Source: Octopus sinensis
Taxonomy: Eukaryota
Direction of reading: 5' to 3'
DNA length: 53,414 nucleotides
Assembly: GCF_006345805.1 (NCBI RefSeq)
Contig: NW_021835298.1
Location: 1-53,414 of the forward strand
The translations under genes and the position numbers were made by a program. Under the pieces are notes generated by a model. That model did no database searches, was not told where the DNA came from, and was given only the letters and a program-made list of their open reading frames with translations. This document shows positions 1 through 12,219 of this stretch, in pieces. Within the stretch, counting starts at the first letter, position 1, and every line of letters starts with the position of its first letter.

Positions 1-330
1 ATTCCAAACAGTCTTGCTATCTCCATTTTCAATTAGGAGTATCTGGTTTCATTTTTCAACCTTCTTACTTGCAATATTCATGACATTTGGTAAGGTTTCG
101 TCAATGATCTAACAGTATTTGTCTCTCTTGTTCATTTCGACCATGCCCGGTCGGCGATACTTAATTATACTTAATTAATCAGAAAATCATAATCCCAGAA
201 TATCATTGCTTTCCCATCCTCCTGCATTGCTTTACCAATACTTTGTTATTTCGTATTGGAATTTACGACATAAACGCCAATGATATTATCACATTTCTCG
301 AACTTACATAGACGGTGGAGGCCCTTAAGT
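1..330 (-). mobile_element. Degenerate R4/Dong-like non-LTR retrotransposon fragment (RLE endonuclease region), runs off window start
   Basis: Manual minus-strand translation across stops/shifts: EDGKAMIFWDYDF...RRPGMVEMNKRDKYC*IIDETLPNVMNIASKKVEK...RYS*LKMEIARLF. Same pattern as the KILWDF..KPDIV..IID..P..EK..KY region at 26.9-27.1 kb. Confidence 0.7.
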
Positions 331-392
331 TCTTTAAGAGATATAGTGTCTCGAGGGAACATACAGAACATCGTTTTGACCCACTAATGTGT

Positions 393-610
393 GTGTCTTT
401 GTGTCTATGTCTGTTCCCCCCCACCATCACCGCTTAACAACTGGTGTTGATGTGTTTATACCCGTGTATTTTAGCGGTTCATCAAAAGAGACCGACAGAA
501 TAAGTACCAGGCTTCAAAAAAATAAGTACGGGGTCGATTAGTTGGACTAAAAGATAGTGTTCCATCATGGCCTCAGTCACATGACTGAAACAAGTAAAAG
601 AATAAAAGAA
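393..610 (+). mobile_element. SINE family 3 (tRNA head/CORE-like/internal microsatellite), 3' half
   Basis: Matches the 3' half of the full copy at 11995-12428 (ttagcggttc..aaaagagaccga..gaataagtac..atgactgaaacaagtaaaaga). Confidence 0.8.
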
Positions 611-659
611 TACATATATATTTGTGTGTGTGTGTTTGTCAGTATATATGTATGAATGA

Positions 660-673
660 TCATATGTACACAT

Positions 674-740
<67 letters not shown>

Positions 741-1245
741 AGTATGTATGTATGTATGTATGTATGTATGTATGTATGGAAAGGATAATAGATAGATAGA
801 TTGATATATATATATTCTTTGTCTTGGTTTCCATTTGTGTCTTTCGTTGTTCGAAAAATTAGTTCATATCCATGAATCATACTTCGTAATTTTTTGTTGT
901 TGTACACGTTCATGACGTCCTGTGCCCACACTTGCATATGTACATACGTATAGATGTAAGTTAGTACATGTACATGTATGATGCATATATATATATGCAT
1001 ATATAGATATATATATATATATATATACAGAGGAAGAAGAAGAAGAAGAGAAGAAGAAGAAGAAGGAAGAAGAAGAAGAAGAAGAGAAAGAAGAAGAAGA
1101 AGAAGAAGAGAAGAAGGAAGAAGAGAAGAAGAAGAAGAAGAAGAAGAAGAAGAGAAGAAGAAGAAGAAGAAGAAGAAGAAGAAAGAAGAAGAAGAAGAGA
1201 AGAAGAAAAAGAAGAAGAAGAGAAGACAAGAAGGAAGGATCAAGA
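660..1245. repeat. Compound microsatellites (TA)n, (TATG)n and ~220-bp (GAA)n-rich tract
   Basis: Direct inspection; explains ORFs 482-1243, 864-1484 (in part) and 978-1268. Confidence 0.95.
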
Positions 1246-1921
1246 AGCGGATCCTTCACCATCACTAGTCTTGTACTTTGTATATCGATCCAGAGAGCGT
1301 AAGATACAAAGTCAACACCACTGCAAAATTTGATCTTGGAGCACAGAGAATCGGAAACGGGCACCACGACGCATTCTATCCAATGTTTTAGCGTCTCCAC
1401 CATCTCACCTCCTATGGCTACTACAATACCAGATTCGTTACAATAAGTAATCCCAAGTACTTTTTTCCTCTCCATATAAGACATTTTTTTCCAGATTCAT
1501 TGACCCCTGGATAAGGCACCTGTTAAATTGATAAGAGGCAAGATAACATACCAGTATAGATTAATTTCAGTAGGGTTAGGTAGGATTAATATTTATTAAA
1601 AAAATATTAAAGGTTTATTTTCATACTACCCAAGATAGACTATGGTAATTTACTATTGAGAACCTATCTCGACATCATGCCATAATACACCTGTAATAGA
1701 ATACGACGTATAGGATACAGGTGACCATCAATCAAGAAAAACATATGCGATAGGAAATCCTCAGCAGTTCCGCAACCTTAATTACCAATCCAGCTGGCCG
1801 TTATTTATTCCTCGCGAAGGATATTATAAACCAAACGTCAAAGGTCTCAAGTATACATGGAAAAAAAATTTGATGAATAGCTATGCGGTCTGGTATATAT
1901 AATATATATATATATATAATA

Positions 1922-1952
<31 letters not shown>

Positions 1953-2112
1953 TGTGTGGTGTGTGTGTGTGTGTATATGTATGTATGATATATATACATA
2001 CATTCATACATATATATGTATATATATACATACATCATATATGTGTGTGTGTGTATGTGTGTGTTGTATGTATTTTATGTATGTCACACACCCACACACA
2101 CACACCACACAC

Positions 2113-2143
<31 letters not shown>

Positions 2144-2462
2144 CATATATAATATATATATAATAATATATATAATATATATATATATTAGGTCATTAAA
2201 AATGAAATGTCCGATTTTTGAACTGAAAGTTTACTTTATTTTATCTCAACAAAATGCAATGCAGTTAATCAAAGTATGCACTAAATTATCAACACAGTTT
2301 TACCATTTTACGGGTAGCTTATTTGTGTCGGTAGCGAAGAATTCTGGAGAGCAAGAGGTGATGAAATCGCGAAAGGCTATTTTTGCATATTCTTCAGATT
2401 TGAAATTTTGTCCTTGCAAAGTTATCTGGTGCCTGGAATTATGTATGGTATATATATATATA

Positions 2463-3727
2463 CGAGAGGCGTTCAATAAGTAATGCCCCTGACCCTCTTC
2501 CCATTGCAGCAGAGCAACGAAACTTGGCACAGTTATTAGTCTTTTACTACATAGGAACCATCCAGAGTTACGCATTTCTCCATCGTTTGATGCAGCTCTG
2601 AAGACCGTTTCTGTAGAAGACCCCAGCTTGGTCCTCCAACCACGACGAGACTTCAGAAATCAAGGCTGCATCATCTGGGAAACGCTTTCCTTTCATAAAC
2701 AACTTCATGGCTGGGAAGAGGTGAAAATCAGAGGGTGCAAGGTCAGGAGAGTAGGGGGGAGGGGGGAGGAGTTCATAGCCGCACGCCTGTGCTTCTGATC
2801 TGGCGACAAGCGAGCTGTGGACCGGAGCGTTGTCCTGCAAGAGGAGAATGCCTTTGCTGATCTTGCCCCGCCTCTTGATTTTGATAGCTTCTCTTAATTT
2901 CCTCAAAGGTGAAGCATAATAGGCTACTGTAGTTGTGGTACCCTTTGCCAGGAAATCTGTCATCACTACTCCGTCCAGGTCCCAGAAGACTGAGCATGGC
3001 CTTGCCAGCGGAGGGCTGCACCCTTGCCTTGTTTGGAGGAGGTGAGTCACGGTGCTTCCCCTGCATTGACTGGGCTTTGGTCTCTGGATCATAGTGATGG
3101 GCCCAGGTTTCATCCTGTGTAATCAGTCTTTTGAAAAATTTTGACTCATCTTCTTGGCACATCTGCAAATTCATCCTCGAGCACTCGACGCGTTCTTGCT
3201 TCTGGAAAGTTGTGAGCAACCTGGGAATCCATTTGGCAGACACCTTTTGCATATGCAAATGGTCATGAATGATAGTTTCCACGGACTCGGTACTAATCTT
3301 GACCTCATGGGCTATTTGGCGAATAATTATGCGTCGACCTTCCAAAATTGCTGCCTCAACTTGACGGACAGATGCCTCATCAATGGCAGAAGCGGGGCGA
3401 CCAGATCTGGGAGCTGTTTCCACAGAGTTCCGACCATGTTTGAATTCACGATGCCAGCGTTTTACAAGGTCGTATGATGGGGCATCATCACCATAAGTTA
3501 CTTTCATTTCATCAAAAGTCTCCCGTGGGGTGCGTCCTTTCAAATACAAAAACCGGATCACTGCTCGACACTCAACAGGTTCCATTTCCCACTTGACTCA
3601 GTTCAAACACCTGTAAATCAGAAACCACAATTAGTTCAGAGCTGTAATTTGCCACTTAATCTATAGGGATATAAATAATTGCACATGCAAAATTTCAGCT
3701 AGGGGCATTACTTATTGAACGTCCTTC

Positions 3728-3728
<1 letters not shown>
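2463..3728 (-). mobile_element. Full-length Tc1/mariner (DD34D mariner) DNA transposon, 1266 bp
   Basis: 28-bp TIRs cgagaggcgttcaataagtaatgcccct (2463-2490) and aggggcattacttattgaacgtccttcg (3701-3728), 3 mismatches; TA on both sides, inside (TA)n; internal transposase. Confidence 0.97.
2536..3585 (-). pseudogene. Mariner transposase, frameshifted twice (~2990 and ~2582)
   Basis: MEPVECRAVIRFL..HTH..WIPRLL..TQDETW..LQDNAPVH..YSPDLAPSDFHLF; 34 residues between the 2nd and 3rd catalytic Asp; restoring one base gives KRWEKCVTLDGSYVVKD*. Confidence 0.95.
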
Positions 3729-3786
<58 letters not shown>

Positions 3787-3790
3787 TATA

Positions 3791-3845
<55 letters not shown>

Positions 3846-3888
3846 AGCTTGCTTCCCACCCACATGGTTCGAGTTGAGTACCCAGTAC

Positions 3889-3921
<33 letters not shown>

Positions 3922-3923
<2 letters not shown>

Positions 3924-4145
3924 AGAATTCACAAAAAAACAGAAGACGAAGACAGGTGGTTTACACAACAAACAGATGTATCAGTATAACGCTCGGGAAG
4001 TGTAAAAGTCTTTAACGTTTCGAGCCTACGCTCTTCCACAGAAAGGAACACAGAAAGAAACAAGGAGAGAAAATAAAGAATGTGTAGTGGCTAGCGATCT
4101 ATCATGGCGCATACTTTGATTAACTGCATTGCATTTTCTTGAGAC
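3922..4145 (-). mobile_element. Short Penelope-like/retrozyme-like non-autonomous element flanked by (TA)n
   Basis: Contains a hammerhead fold (4010-4045); truncated second copy at 42362-42470; (TA)n on both sides. Confidence 0.65.
4010..4045 (-). ncRNA. Minimal type I hammerhead ribozyme fold, variant core CUGUGGA
   Basis: Minus strand: CUUU-CUGUGGA-A-GAGC-GUAG-GCUC-GAAACGUU-AAAG. Stem I CUUU/AAAG, stem II GAGC/GCUC, palindromic ACGU in place of stem III. Confidence 0.7.
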
Positions 4146-4199
4146 TATATATATATATACACACACATACACACACTCACACACACATAAATATATAAA

Positions 4200-4235
<36 letters not shown>

Positions 4236-4284
4236 TGTATGTATGTATGAATGTATGCATGTATGTATGTTTATATATATATGA

Positions 4285-4680
4285 GGGCACATGACTTAGT
4301 GGTTGGGTGTGTTGCACTCACATTTGACTACGGCCATGCTGGAGCAACGTCTTGAAAGAATTTTAGTCGAACAAATCGACCCTAAGAGTTATTTCTTTAA
4401 GCGTAGAACTTATTCTATCAGTCTTTTGCCGAACCGCTAGAATACGGGGACATAAATACACCAAGCGGTGGTGCGGGTACAGACACAAAGATACACACAC
4501 ATACATACATACATGCATACATACATACATACATACATATGTATACGATGGGCTTCTTTTCGTTTCCGTCTACCAAATCCACTCACAAAGCTTTGATTGG
4601 CTTGAGGGGATAGCAGAAGACACTTGCCAAAGGTGCCACACATTGGGATTGAAAAATAACTTACTTGGAGAAGAAGACAA
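4285..4680 (-). mobile_element. SINE family 3, diverged
   Basis: catttgactacggccatgctggagc...acgatgggcttcttttcgtttccgtctaccaaatccactcac...gacacttgccaaaggtgccac; reverse complement of the 11995-12428 copy. Confidence 0.85.
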
Positions 4681-4702
4681 CGACGCGTGCGTTCGGTCAG
4701 AT

Positions 4703-4971
4703 TATAACAATTTAATAGATAAAGCATATGCATACATACATACATATATGTACATACCTACATCTATATGTATACATACATACATATATATGTATATATA
4801 CATGCATATATGAGTAAGGACACCACAAATAAACGTAGAACGTTTCTCGTTGTGTTCTACGTTTATTTGTGGTGTCCTGTACACATATATGCATTTATAT
4901 ATACATATAGATGTAGGTATGTACATATATGTATGTATGTATGCATATGTTTTATTTATTAAATTGTTATA
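4703..4971. repeat. Near-perfect ~270-bp palindrome (fold-back)
   Basis: Arms 4703-4841 and 4854-4971 are reverse complements apart from one ~20-nt indel and a few substitutions; 12-nt loop gtttctcgttgt. Confidence 0.9.
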
Positions 4972-4980
4972 TACACACAT

Positions 4981-5039
<59 letters not shown>

Positions 5040-5040
<1 letters not shown>

Positions 5041-5366
5041 CATCTTTGCATCTGAAGCAGCTGGAGATACGATAGTTTGTTCAAAAGAACCGGGTATTGC
5101 AAGCAAAAATAATATGGAAAAAAGCGTATTTGGCCAAATTTTGACATACGACAGTTTAACATAATACCATCGATATATATGTATATATATATGTATATAT
5201 AACAATTGCAGCGTGGAAGGTGTTTGTAAGCCATTTAAGAAACACACAAAAGCCGTTCGATTCACTTCAACGTTTAAGTTTAAAAGAGATGCAGCACGGA
5301 TTTTTGTCAGTGAACAGGTCTGAGACGGTGTGTTAAATAATAAGGCACTAAAAGTGAATGACTTTC
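5040..5366. mobile_element. Short repeat element in (TA)n, possibly Penelope-like
   Basis: 5200-5280 (aacaattgcagcgtggaagg...ttcaacgtttaagttt) is the reverse complement of 31998-32080; both copies are bounded by (TA)n. Confidence 0.55.
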
Positions 5367-5471
5367 TATATATATATATAAACCATATACTTCTGCATAA
5401 AACCTGGAATGGATAAACCATTTATACGACATTTATTCAAACTATACACACGTGCGCGTGCATGCACCCAT

Positions 5472-5517
<46 letters not shown>

Positions 5518-6070
5518 ACACACAAACAAACACACACTCACACAAACAAACAAACATGCACAAACATTGACTGCCATTCACTCATAGATCTGTTCTTTAC
5601 TAGTATTAATTACGACATTAGGAATCTGATGACGTTCGTTTTGTTTTTGTTATATTTTATATTACTGCCGCACCGGCCACTGATGTTGTTTTAGCTTTCG
5701 CGCTCTCATCGTCGTCGTCCTCATCATTATTGTTGTTGTTTTTGTTGTTGTTGTTATTGGTGGTGGTGGTAGTGACTGGTTTATTTTGTCTTTTACGCTT
5801 GTTTGCTCCTGATAAGTTATTGGTTTTCAAATTGTCAGTTAACTAACTAACAGCAAACATATGGTTCCGCTTGTGAAAATAAAAAAAAATAAAAACTTTT
5901 ACCTGATCCTATTTCTGATCGCCTACTCTCCCACAGTCTCCCCCATCCTGTTGATGGACGTCAGCCAGTTAGTCGGCCATCTTCGAAATTAATCAATTTG
6001 TTCCGACTGTAAATCTATCATAAGAAATGGGGTGGTGACGGAAACTCTGTGTGTGTGTGTGTGTGTGTGT

Positions 6071-6141
<71 letters not shown>

Positions 6142-6419
6142 TGCGTGTGTTTGTGTGTAAGTATTTGCACGCACAAATCTGATGAACAACTACGAAGAAG
6201 TTTGATTTGCAGTCACAAGTTTCCGCGTTCGATAGCTCTGCGCGGCACGATAGCTTGGGAAATTATCTACCACCACAGCCTAAGAAGCTCTATTTTGAGT
6301 TCATGCTGCTCAAATCAGCACGAGGAAGGGCTCAAAGTCTAAAATTATAATATTTTGTGTAATTTAAAAAATAAAGTTAAAGCAAACAAAAATGGCATTA
6401 AAATAAGTGGACAAAAATT

Positions 6420-6618
6420 AGTTTCAAATTTTGGCACAAGGCGAACAGTTTTGTGAGGAGGAACTCCAGTGCTCAACTGGTACTTAATTTATTGACTCCG
6501 AAAGGGATGAAAGGCAAAGTTAACCTAGACAAAATTTGAACTGAGAATGTAAGAACGGGTGAAATACAGCTAAGTATTTCGCCCGGCGTGCTAACGTTTC
6601 TGCCAGCTCGCTCTCTTA
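6420..6618 (-). mobile_element. SINE family 1 (tRNA head, gcctttcatcctttcggggtcgataaa core), tail type C
   Basis: Minus strand: gcgagctggcagaaacgttagcacgccgggcgaaat...ttctcagttcaaatt (B-box-like)...ccttgtgccaaaatttgaaac. Confidence 0.8.
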
Positions 6619-6634
6619 AGGAACAGAATAATAT

Positions 6635-7222
6635 TCTTTTCTACTCTAGGCACAAGGCCCGAAATTTTTGTGAGAGTGGGGCCAGTCGATTAGATCGGAT
6701 CCTGGACGCAACTGGTACTTAATTTATAGACCCCGAAATGATGAAAGGCAAAGTCGACCTCGGCGGAATTTGAACTCAGAACGTAGCGGAAGACGAAATA
6801 CCTATTTCTTTACTACCCACAAGGGGCTAAACACAGAGAGGACAAACAAGGATAGACAAACGGATTAAGTCGATTATATCGACCCCAGTGCGTAACTGGT
6901 ACTTAATTTATAGACCCCGAAATGATAAAAGGCAAAGTCGACCTCGGCGGATTTTGAACTCAGAACGTAGCAGCAGACGAAATACCTATTTCTTTACTAC
7001 CCACAAGGGGCTAAAGACAGAGAGGACAAACAAGGACAGACAAACGGATTAAGTCGATCATATCGACCCCAGTGCGTAACTGGTACTTAATTTTCGACCC
7101 CGAATGGATGAAAGGCAAAGTCGACCTCGGCGGGATTTGAACTCAGAACGTAACGGCAGACGAAATACCGCTAAGCATTTCGCCCGGCGTGCTACCGATT
7201 CTGTCGGCTCGCTGCCATAAGG
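6635..7222 (-). mobile_element. SINE family 1 trimer: head-A, headless A, headless B
   Basis: ~184-bp period; junctions at 6802/6803 and 6986/6987 read AAAGAAATA|GGTATTTCGTC on the minus strand. Confidence 0.9.
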
Positions 7223-7749
7223 GGTAACATTAAAATACTTTTTTTCTAAATCATATTTAAAAAATGTGTTAAATGGTATTTTTCAAAAAGTAACCATAAA
7301 TTTAGAATCGATATATATTTTTATGCTTTATAAAAAAATAAAAATGTTTATGTAGAAGCACACCCATTATAATAAAATTCCTTATTGTTAGAGAAAGAAA
7401 TGACTACATAGTTACATTACTAACAATGAAAGACAACAATATTGTATTAAATTTTACTACCATCAACATGGTTTTCAAAGGCCTTGATCAATGCAGTCAC
7501 AAAATTATAGCTTTTAGCATTGTCTTTCTTCTTTTCACTACAGTATTTTTTTTCTCTAGCTGTAGGACTCATAAGACCGGTTACCCGGTTTCCATGTCGC
7601 ATAATTGACCGAGATCACATTTGAACCTAGCAGCCACTGGCAGCTTAGGAATTTATTATGCCTAATTCGCTCTGCTTTTACCCCAGAACTTGACGTGCTT
7701 TGACTTACTTCCTCTCTATCTAATCTTCTTTATTTTATAATTGTAAATT

Positions 7750-8300
7750 ATTTTAGTCATTATACTGTGACCATGCTGTAGCACCGCTTTGAAGTGTTTA
7801 AATCAGTATACATGTTCTTTTTTTGTTGTTGTTTTCTTCTTTTTTTTTATCAAGTTAGGTACTTATTCAATCGAAACTTTTTTGCTGAGCCGCTGACTTA
7901 TGAGGATGTAAACAAACAAACACCGTTTGTCAAGCGGTGTGAGAATAACAAACACAGACACAGACACATATACATATGCAGTAGACTTTACAGGGACGTA
8001 GACATACCAACAGTGAACGTAAAGCGGTGGTGAGGGACAAACGCAAACGAACACACGCACACACACAAACACACACACACACAAACAAACACACACACAC
8101 ACCACACATATATATATATATATAGATAAATATATACATATATATATATATACGACGGTCTTCTTTCAGTTTCCGTCAACAAAATCACTCACAAATCCTT
8201 AGTCGGCTCGAGGCTACAGTAAGAGACATTTGCCGAAGGTTCCTCGCCGTGGATATGAACCCGGGGCTATGTGGTTAGGAAGCAAGCTTCTTACCACACA
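7750..8300 (-). mobile_element. SINE family 3, diverged, with extra internal sequence
   Basis: tagtcattatactgtgaccatgctgtagcaccgc...acgacggtcttctttcagtttccgtc...gcaagcttcttaccacacagtcact. Confidence 0.8.
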
Positions 8301-8760
8301 GTCACTACGAGCCTTTTCTATTGTCTTACCCTTATCCAAATCTTTGGCTTATATGTAAATAATATCGAGTTTGTACTTTATTGTACACTTATAGAGAGAA
8401 AATATATCACTGTATTATTTTCTTCACGTTTCCTTAATACACAAGCCATTTTGTTTCCTTCTTAGAGCATATCACGCATCACTGTCTTTTTCTATATAGA
8501 AGATTTCAGTTTGTAGTAAACCCCTTCCTCTCTCTATACAGGGTAAGTATATTCTATCTATATCGGCTTTGGGATGATGGTTTATGAACGCTGTTAATAG
8601 TTTCTTATGGTTTCTTTTATCTAAGATATTCAATTTATTGTAACTGGAATGAGTATAGTTTTTTTTCTTCTTACTATCAAACTGGCTCTGCTATGATTCT
8701 ATTTATAATTTTTTTCTCCTTCATTTTTCTCTGTGCTGTATATTATTACTTCATTAAAAA
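8300..8760 (-). mobile_element. Degenerate R4/Dong-like LINE fragment (post-RT region)
   Basis: Minus-strand translation HHPKADIDRIYLPCIERGRGLLQTEIFY (~8580-8495), homologous to RHPKCDTDRLYVPRKRGGRGLI at 26.27 kb. Confidence 0.75.
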
Positions 8761-8789
8761 ATTATTTCACCGTAACTATCACAACCACC

Positions 8790-8950
8790 CCTATCATCAT
8801 CATCATCATCATCATCATCACTATAATTATTATTACTAGTGTTGTTGAGGCTAGTCTATTCTTTGACACCGTCAATAAACTGTATTCATGGAGAAGCTGT
8901 AATTATAGAAGCGTTGTTAGCAAAAGTAAAAGCGTTGGTGGTGGTCGAAA

Positions 8951-8988
<38 letters not shown>

Positions 8989-9597
8989 TTTTAAAGGGGC
9001 TTCTCTGTTATTTACGGTTATGTTTAGTTGGGGGTGGGTAGAGTGATGGTGACTTTGGTGAGTTTTATGGCTGTTTTTGTAACAACGATGCTGGTTCTTA
9101 GTAGCCGCAGTAATGGTGAAGTTAGAAATAGTAGGAGTAGTAGTAGTAGCAGCAGCAGCATCAGTAGTAGTAGTAGTAGCAGTAGCAATAGTAGTTTTTC
9201 TTGTAGTAGTAGTAGTAGTTGTTGCTCTTGATCTTGTAGCAGTTCTGGTTAATCTTGTAATTGCAGTAGAAGTTGTAGTAGTTATTGTTGCTTTGTTGTT
9301 GCAGTAGTAATAGTAGTCGTAGTTATTGTTGTAATTGTTCTTGATCTTGTAGTAGTAGTAGTAGTAGTAGTGATGGGGTGGAAGTGGTAGTTCCTGTTGT
9401 TGTTGTTGCTGTTGCAGTAGTAGCTCTGTTGTTATTGCTGCTGTTCTTGTAGTAGTACTAGTTTTTGTTGTTGTGGTTGCAGCAGTAGCAGCAGCAGCAG
9501 CAGCAGTAGTAGTAGCAGCAGCAGTAGCAGTATTATTATTATTATTAGTAGTAGTAGTATTAGTAGTAGTATTAGTAGTAGTAGTAGCGGCAGCAGC

Positions 9598-9640
<43 letters not shown>

Positions 9641-9740
9641 ACGGTCTTTTGTATTCTATTTTGGGTGGGGATAGGTAGTGGTGTTTATAATGGCATTGAG
9701 GGGTGCTACTGCTGTTGGTGCCGCTGTTGCTGCTACTAAG
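8790..9740. repeat. ~950-bp cryptic trinucleotide tract (ATC, AGT, TGT, AGC)n
   Basis: Direct inspection; source of the poly-S/V/A ORFs. Confidence 0.9.
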
Positions 9741-10504
9741 GGAATTTCAGAGGTTATGGAATCAGTGATTTCATTGATAAATCTTGTTGAGATATGAAAG
9801 GTTTTGAAACAAAAGTCTACATCAATTCAGTGTTGTACTTTTTTTTAATGGATTGTTTTTCAATTTTTTTTTTAAGGTGGTAGTCATAGCAACTAGATAA
9901 CACGTTATGTAAATTTACCCCCCACTCCCCATAAAAATATACACAAATATGCACAAAAAAATCATTCTACAACTACCACCATAACCAATACCAACAACTC
10001 AACCACCAGCTTCACCAGTATCTCTTCTGTACAGAAGTCATTATTGATCGTAGAACCATAACGAAACCACACCATCTTTTAATTTAGGACATGAAAACTA
10101 TATGGGATTGTTAGTTTTTTTTTTTACCTTGTTGTGGTTTTTTGTTTGTTTTTTTTTTTGGTTTTAGGAGGGGTTGTCATTTTGTGTTGTGTTATGTTTT
10201 TCATTTAGTTGTTGCTACTGTTTTTGTTTCAGTTTTTACTCATTGTTTTTACCTTCTGTTTGGGTTTTTTTTCCTCTCTTTTCTTTCGCATTTTGTGTGC
10301 GCAGGAGCGTATGGTTGGGCGAGGTTCAACGGTTTGTAATTTTCTAAGGAAGCAGGAAAATAGAACAATATATCCCCACCCTCGCCTGCCCTGTCATACT
10401 TCCATAAGGAAACAAGAATCATAGCAAAATGTTGAACACCAACTGTTTGTTTTTATTCTTCTTCCTTTTCATGGAGTCGGTATCGAAGTTGATGCAATCG
10501 ACTC

Positions 10505-10925
10505 TTATGTTGTTTTCAAATTATGGCACAAAGCCAGCAATTTTGGGGTAAGGGGTAAGTCGATTACATCGACCCCAGTGTTCAAATGGTACTTTATCTT
10601 ATCGACCCCAAAAGGATGAAAGGCGGAACTTGAACTCAGAACATAAAGATGGACGAAATGCCGTTAAGTATTTCACCCGGCGTACAAACGATTCTTATTT
10701 CTTTACTACCCACAAGGGGCTAAACACAGAGAGGACAAACAAGGACAGACAAACGGATTAAGTCTATTACATCGACCCCAGTGCGTAACTGGTACTTAAT
10801 TTATCGATCCCGAAAGGATGAAAGGCAAAGTCGACCTCGGCAGAATTTGAACTCAGAACGTAACAGCAGACGAAATACGGCTACGCATTTCGGCCGGCGT
10901 GCTAACGATTCTACCAGCTCACTAC
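10505..10925 (-). mobile_element. SINE family 1 dimer (A unit joined into the head of a C-type copy)
   Basis: Junction 10695/10696 AAAGAAATA|AGAATCGTT lies ~35 nt 5' of the usual junction site. Confidence 0.85.
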
Positions 10926-11479
10926 CTAAGTCAACTCTGTAATATTATCTATTTTGATATTTTCATTACGGTGGAGGGGAAAGGCTATTTCGATACTCGG
11001 TTAAATTTGAGCAAGAAATCTAGGGAATCGAAACAAAATACTTGCAAAGCATGTTTTTCCGGCGCTCAACCGTTCTGTCACTACACATATTTATAATCAT
11101 TATATATAATATAATAGGAACAGTAGAATACAATATAGCTAGCCGTCACTCGCGAGCGAATATGGCTTTGTAATATTACTATGCTTTCATTAATTGTTTT
11201 AGGTGCCTATGTAGTCGCAAGCAAACATAGACATTGTTTCGGACATTTCAGACTTGACCTGACAGGATTTCCAAGACAGACAAAAATACTGGTGACCAGA
11301 TCGGAAAGCTTTCAACTGCATAATCTCTGATAAAGGCAACCAAGTGTCAGGTTTGGATTTTACACCATGCTACTGTTGTTTAGTTGTTGTGTTTTTTTTT
11401 TGTCAGTCACATTCGATCAGACCTGTGGCAGAGAGATAGTGGTTCAAACTAGCACTCGGCAGTGCTCACGTCTAGATGA

Positions 11480-11600
11480 GTAAGTTGAAGTACATGGAAC
11501 GAAGTACTTAACTCAAGGACACACAATTTCCGATCCAGGAATTGAACGCACGACCTCATGATAAATATAAACACCTTAACACAAGGCCGCGCACTTCCTC
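11480..11600 (-). mobile_element. Old tRNA/CORE-like SINE head relic
   Basis: Minus strand: gcgcggccttgtgttaagg...gcgttcaattcctggatcgg...tgtgtccttgagttaagtactt; compare 45060-45148. Confidence 0.5.
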
Positions 11601-11994
11601 ATATAACTGGAGTAATTAACTATTCATCTCATACGCTAACCAAATAAATTAACTTGAGCCAGAGGGAATGCCTAGAAGGTCGCTTATCAGCCTAGGAAAG
11701 GCTACCAAATATCCCTGAAGTTACTTCCTACCATCTTAAGTAAGGTGAAGTGCACATCACATAATGCAGTCCGGCATACACCTAAAACGAACGGATGACC
11801 ACGGTCAGAAAGCCTTTAATCATAGTTCTGCTTGAGCACGGCTCACCTGGGACTAAACAGCAACAACAACAGCAATTAGTTTAGACTCACAAGTAGAATA
11901 GCCTTAGGATCTCTCTTCGTCTAAATCTGGCACTGGCCACGACGTAGAGGCACACTAGTTTTGCTTTAGAAAAGCAAACTGAAGAATATTGTGC

Positions 11995-12131
11995 TACGAA
12001 CCACATGGTTCCGGGTTCAGTCCCACTGCGTTGCACCTTGGGCAAGTGTCTTCTACTATAGCCTCGGGCCGACCAAAGCCTTGTGAGTGGATTTGGTAGA
12101 CGGAAACTGAAAGAAGCCCGTCGTATATATG

Positions 12132-12219
<88 letters not shown>

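Noticed and set aside
1250-1800. Possible L2/CR1-like LINE relic (ILPKIDYGNLL on +; KTLDRMRRGARF on -)
   Set aside because: The hints are short and on opposite strands; too degenerate to call without a profile search.
2536-3585. Domesticated transposase (SETMAR-like gene)
   Set aside because: It has TIRs, a TA target site and frameshifts, and no SET domain; it is an ordinary transposon copy.
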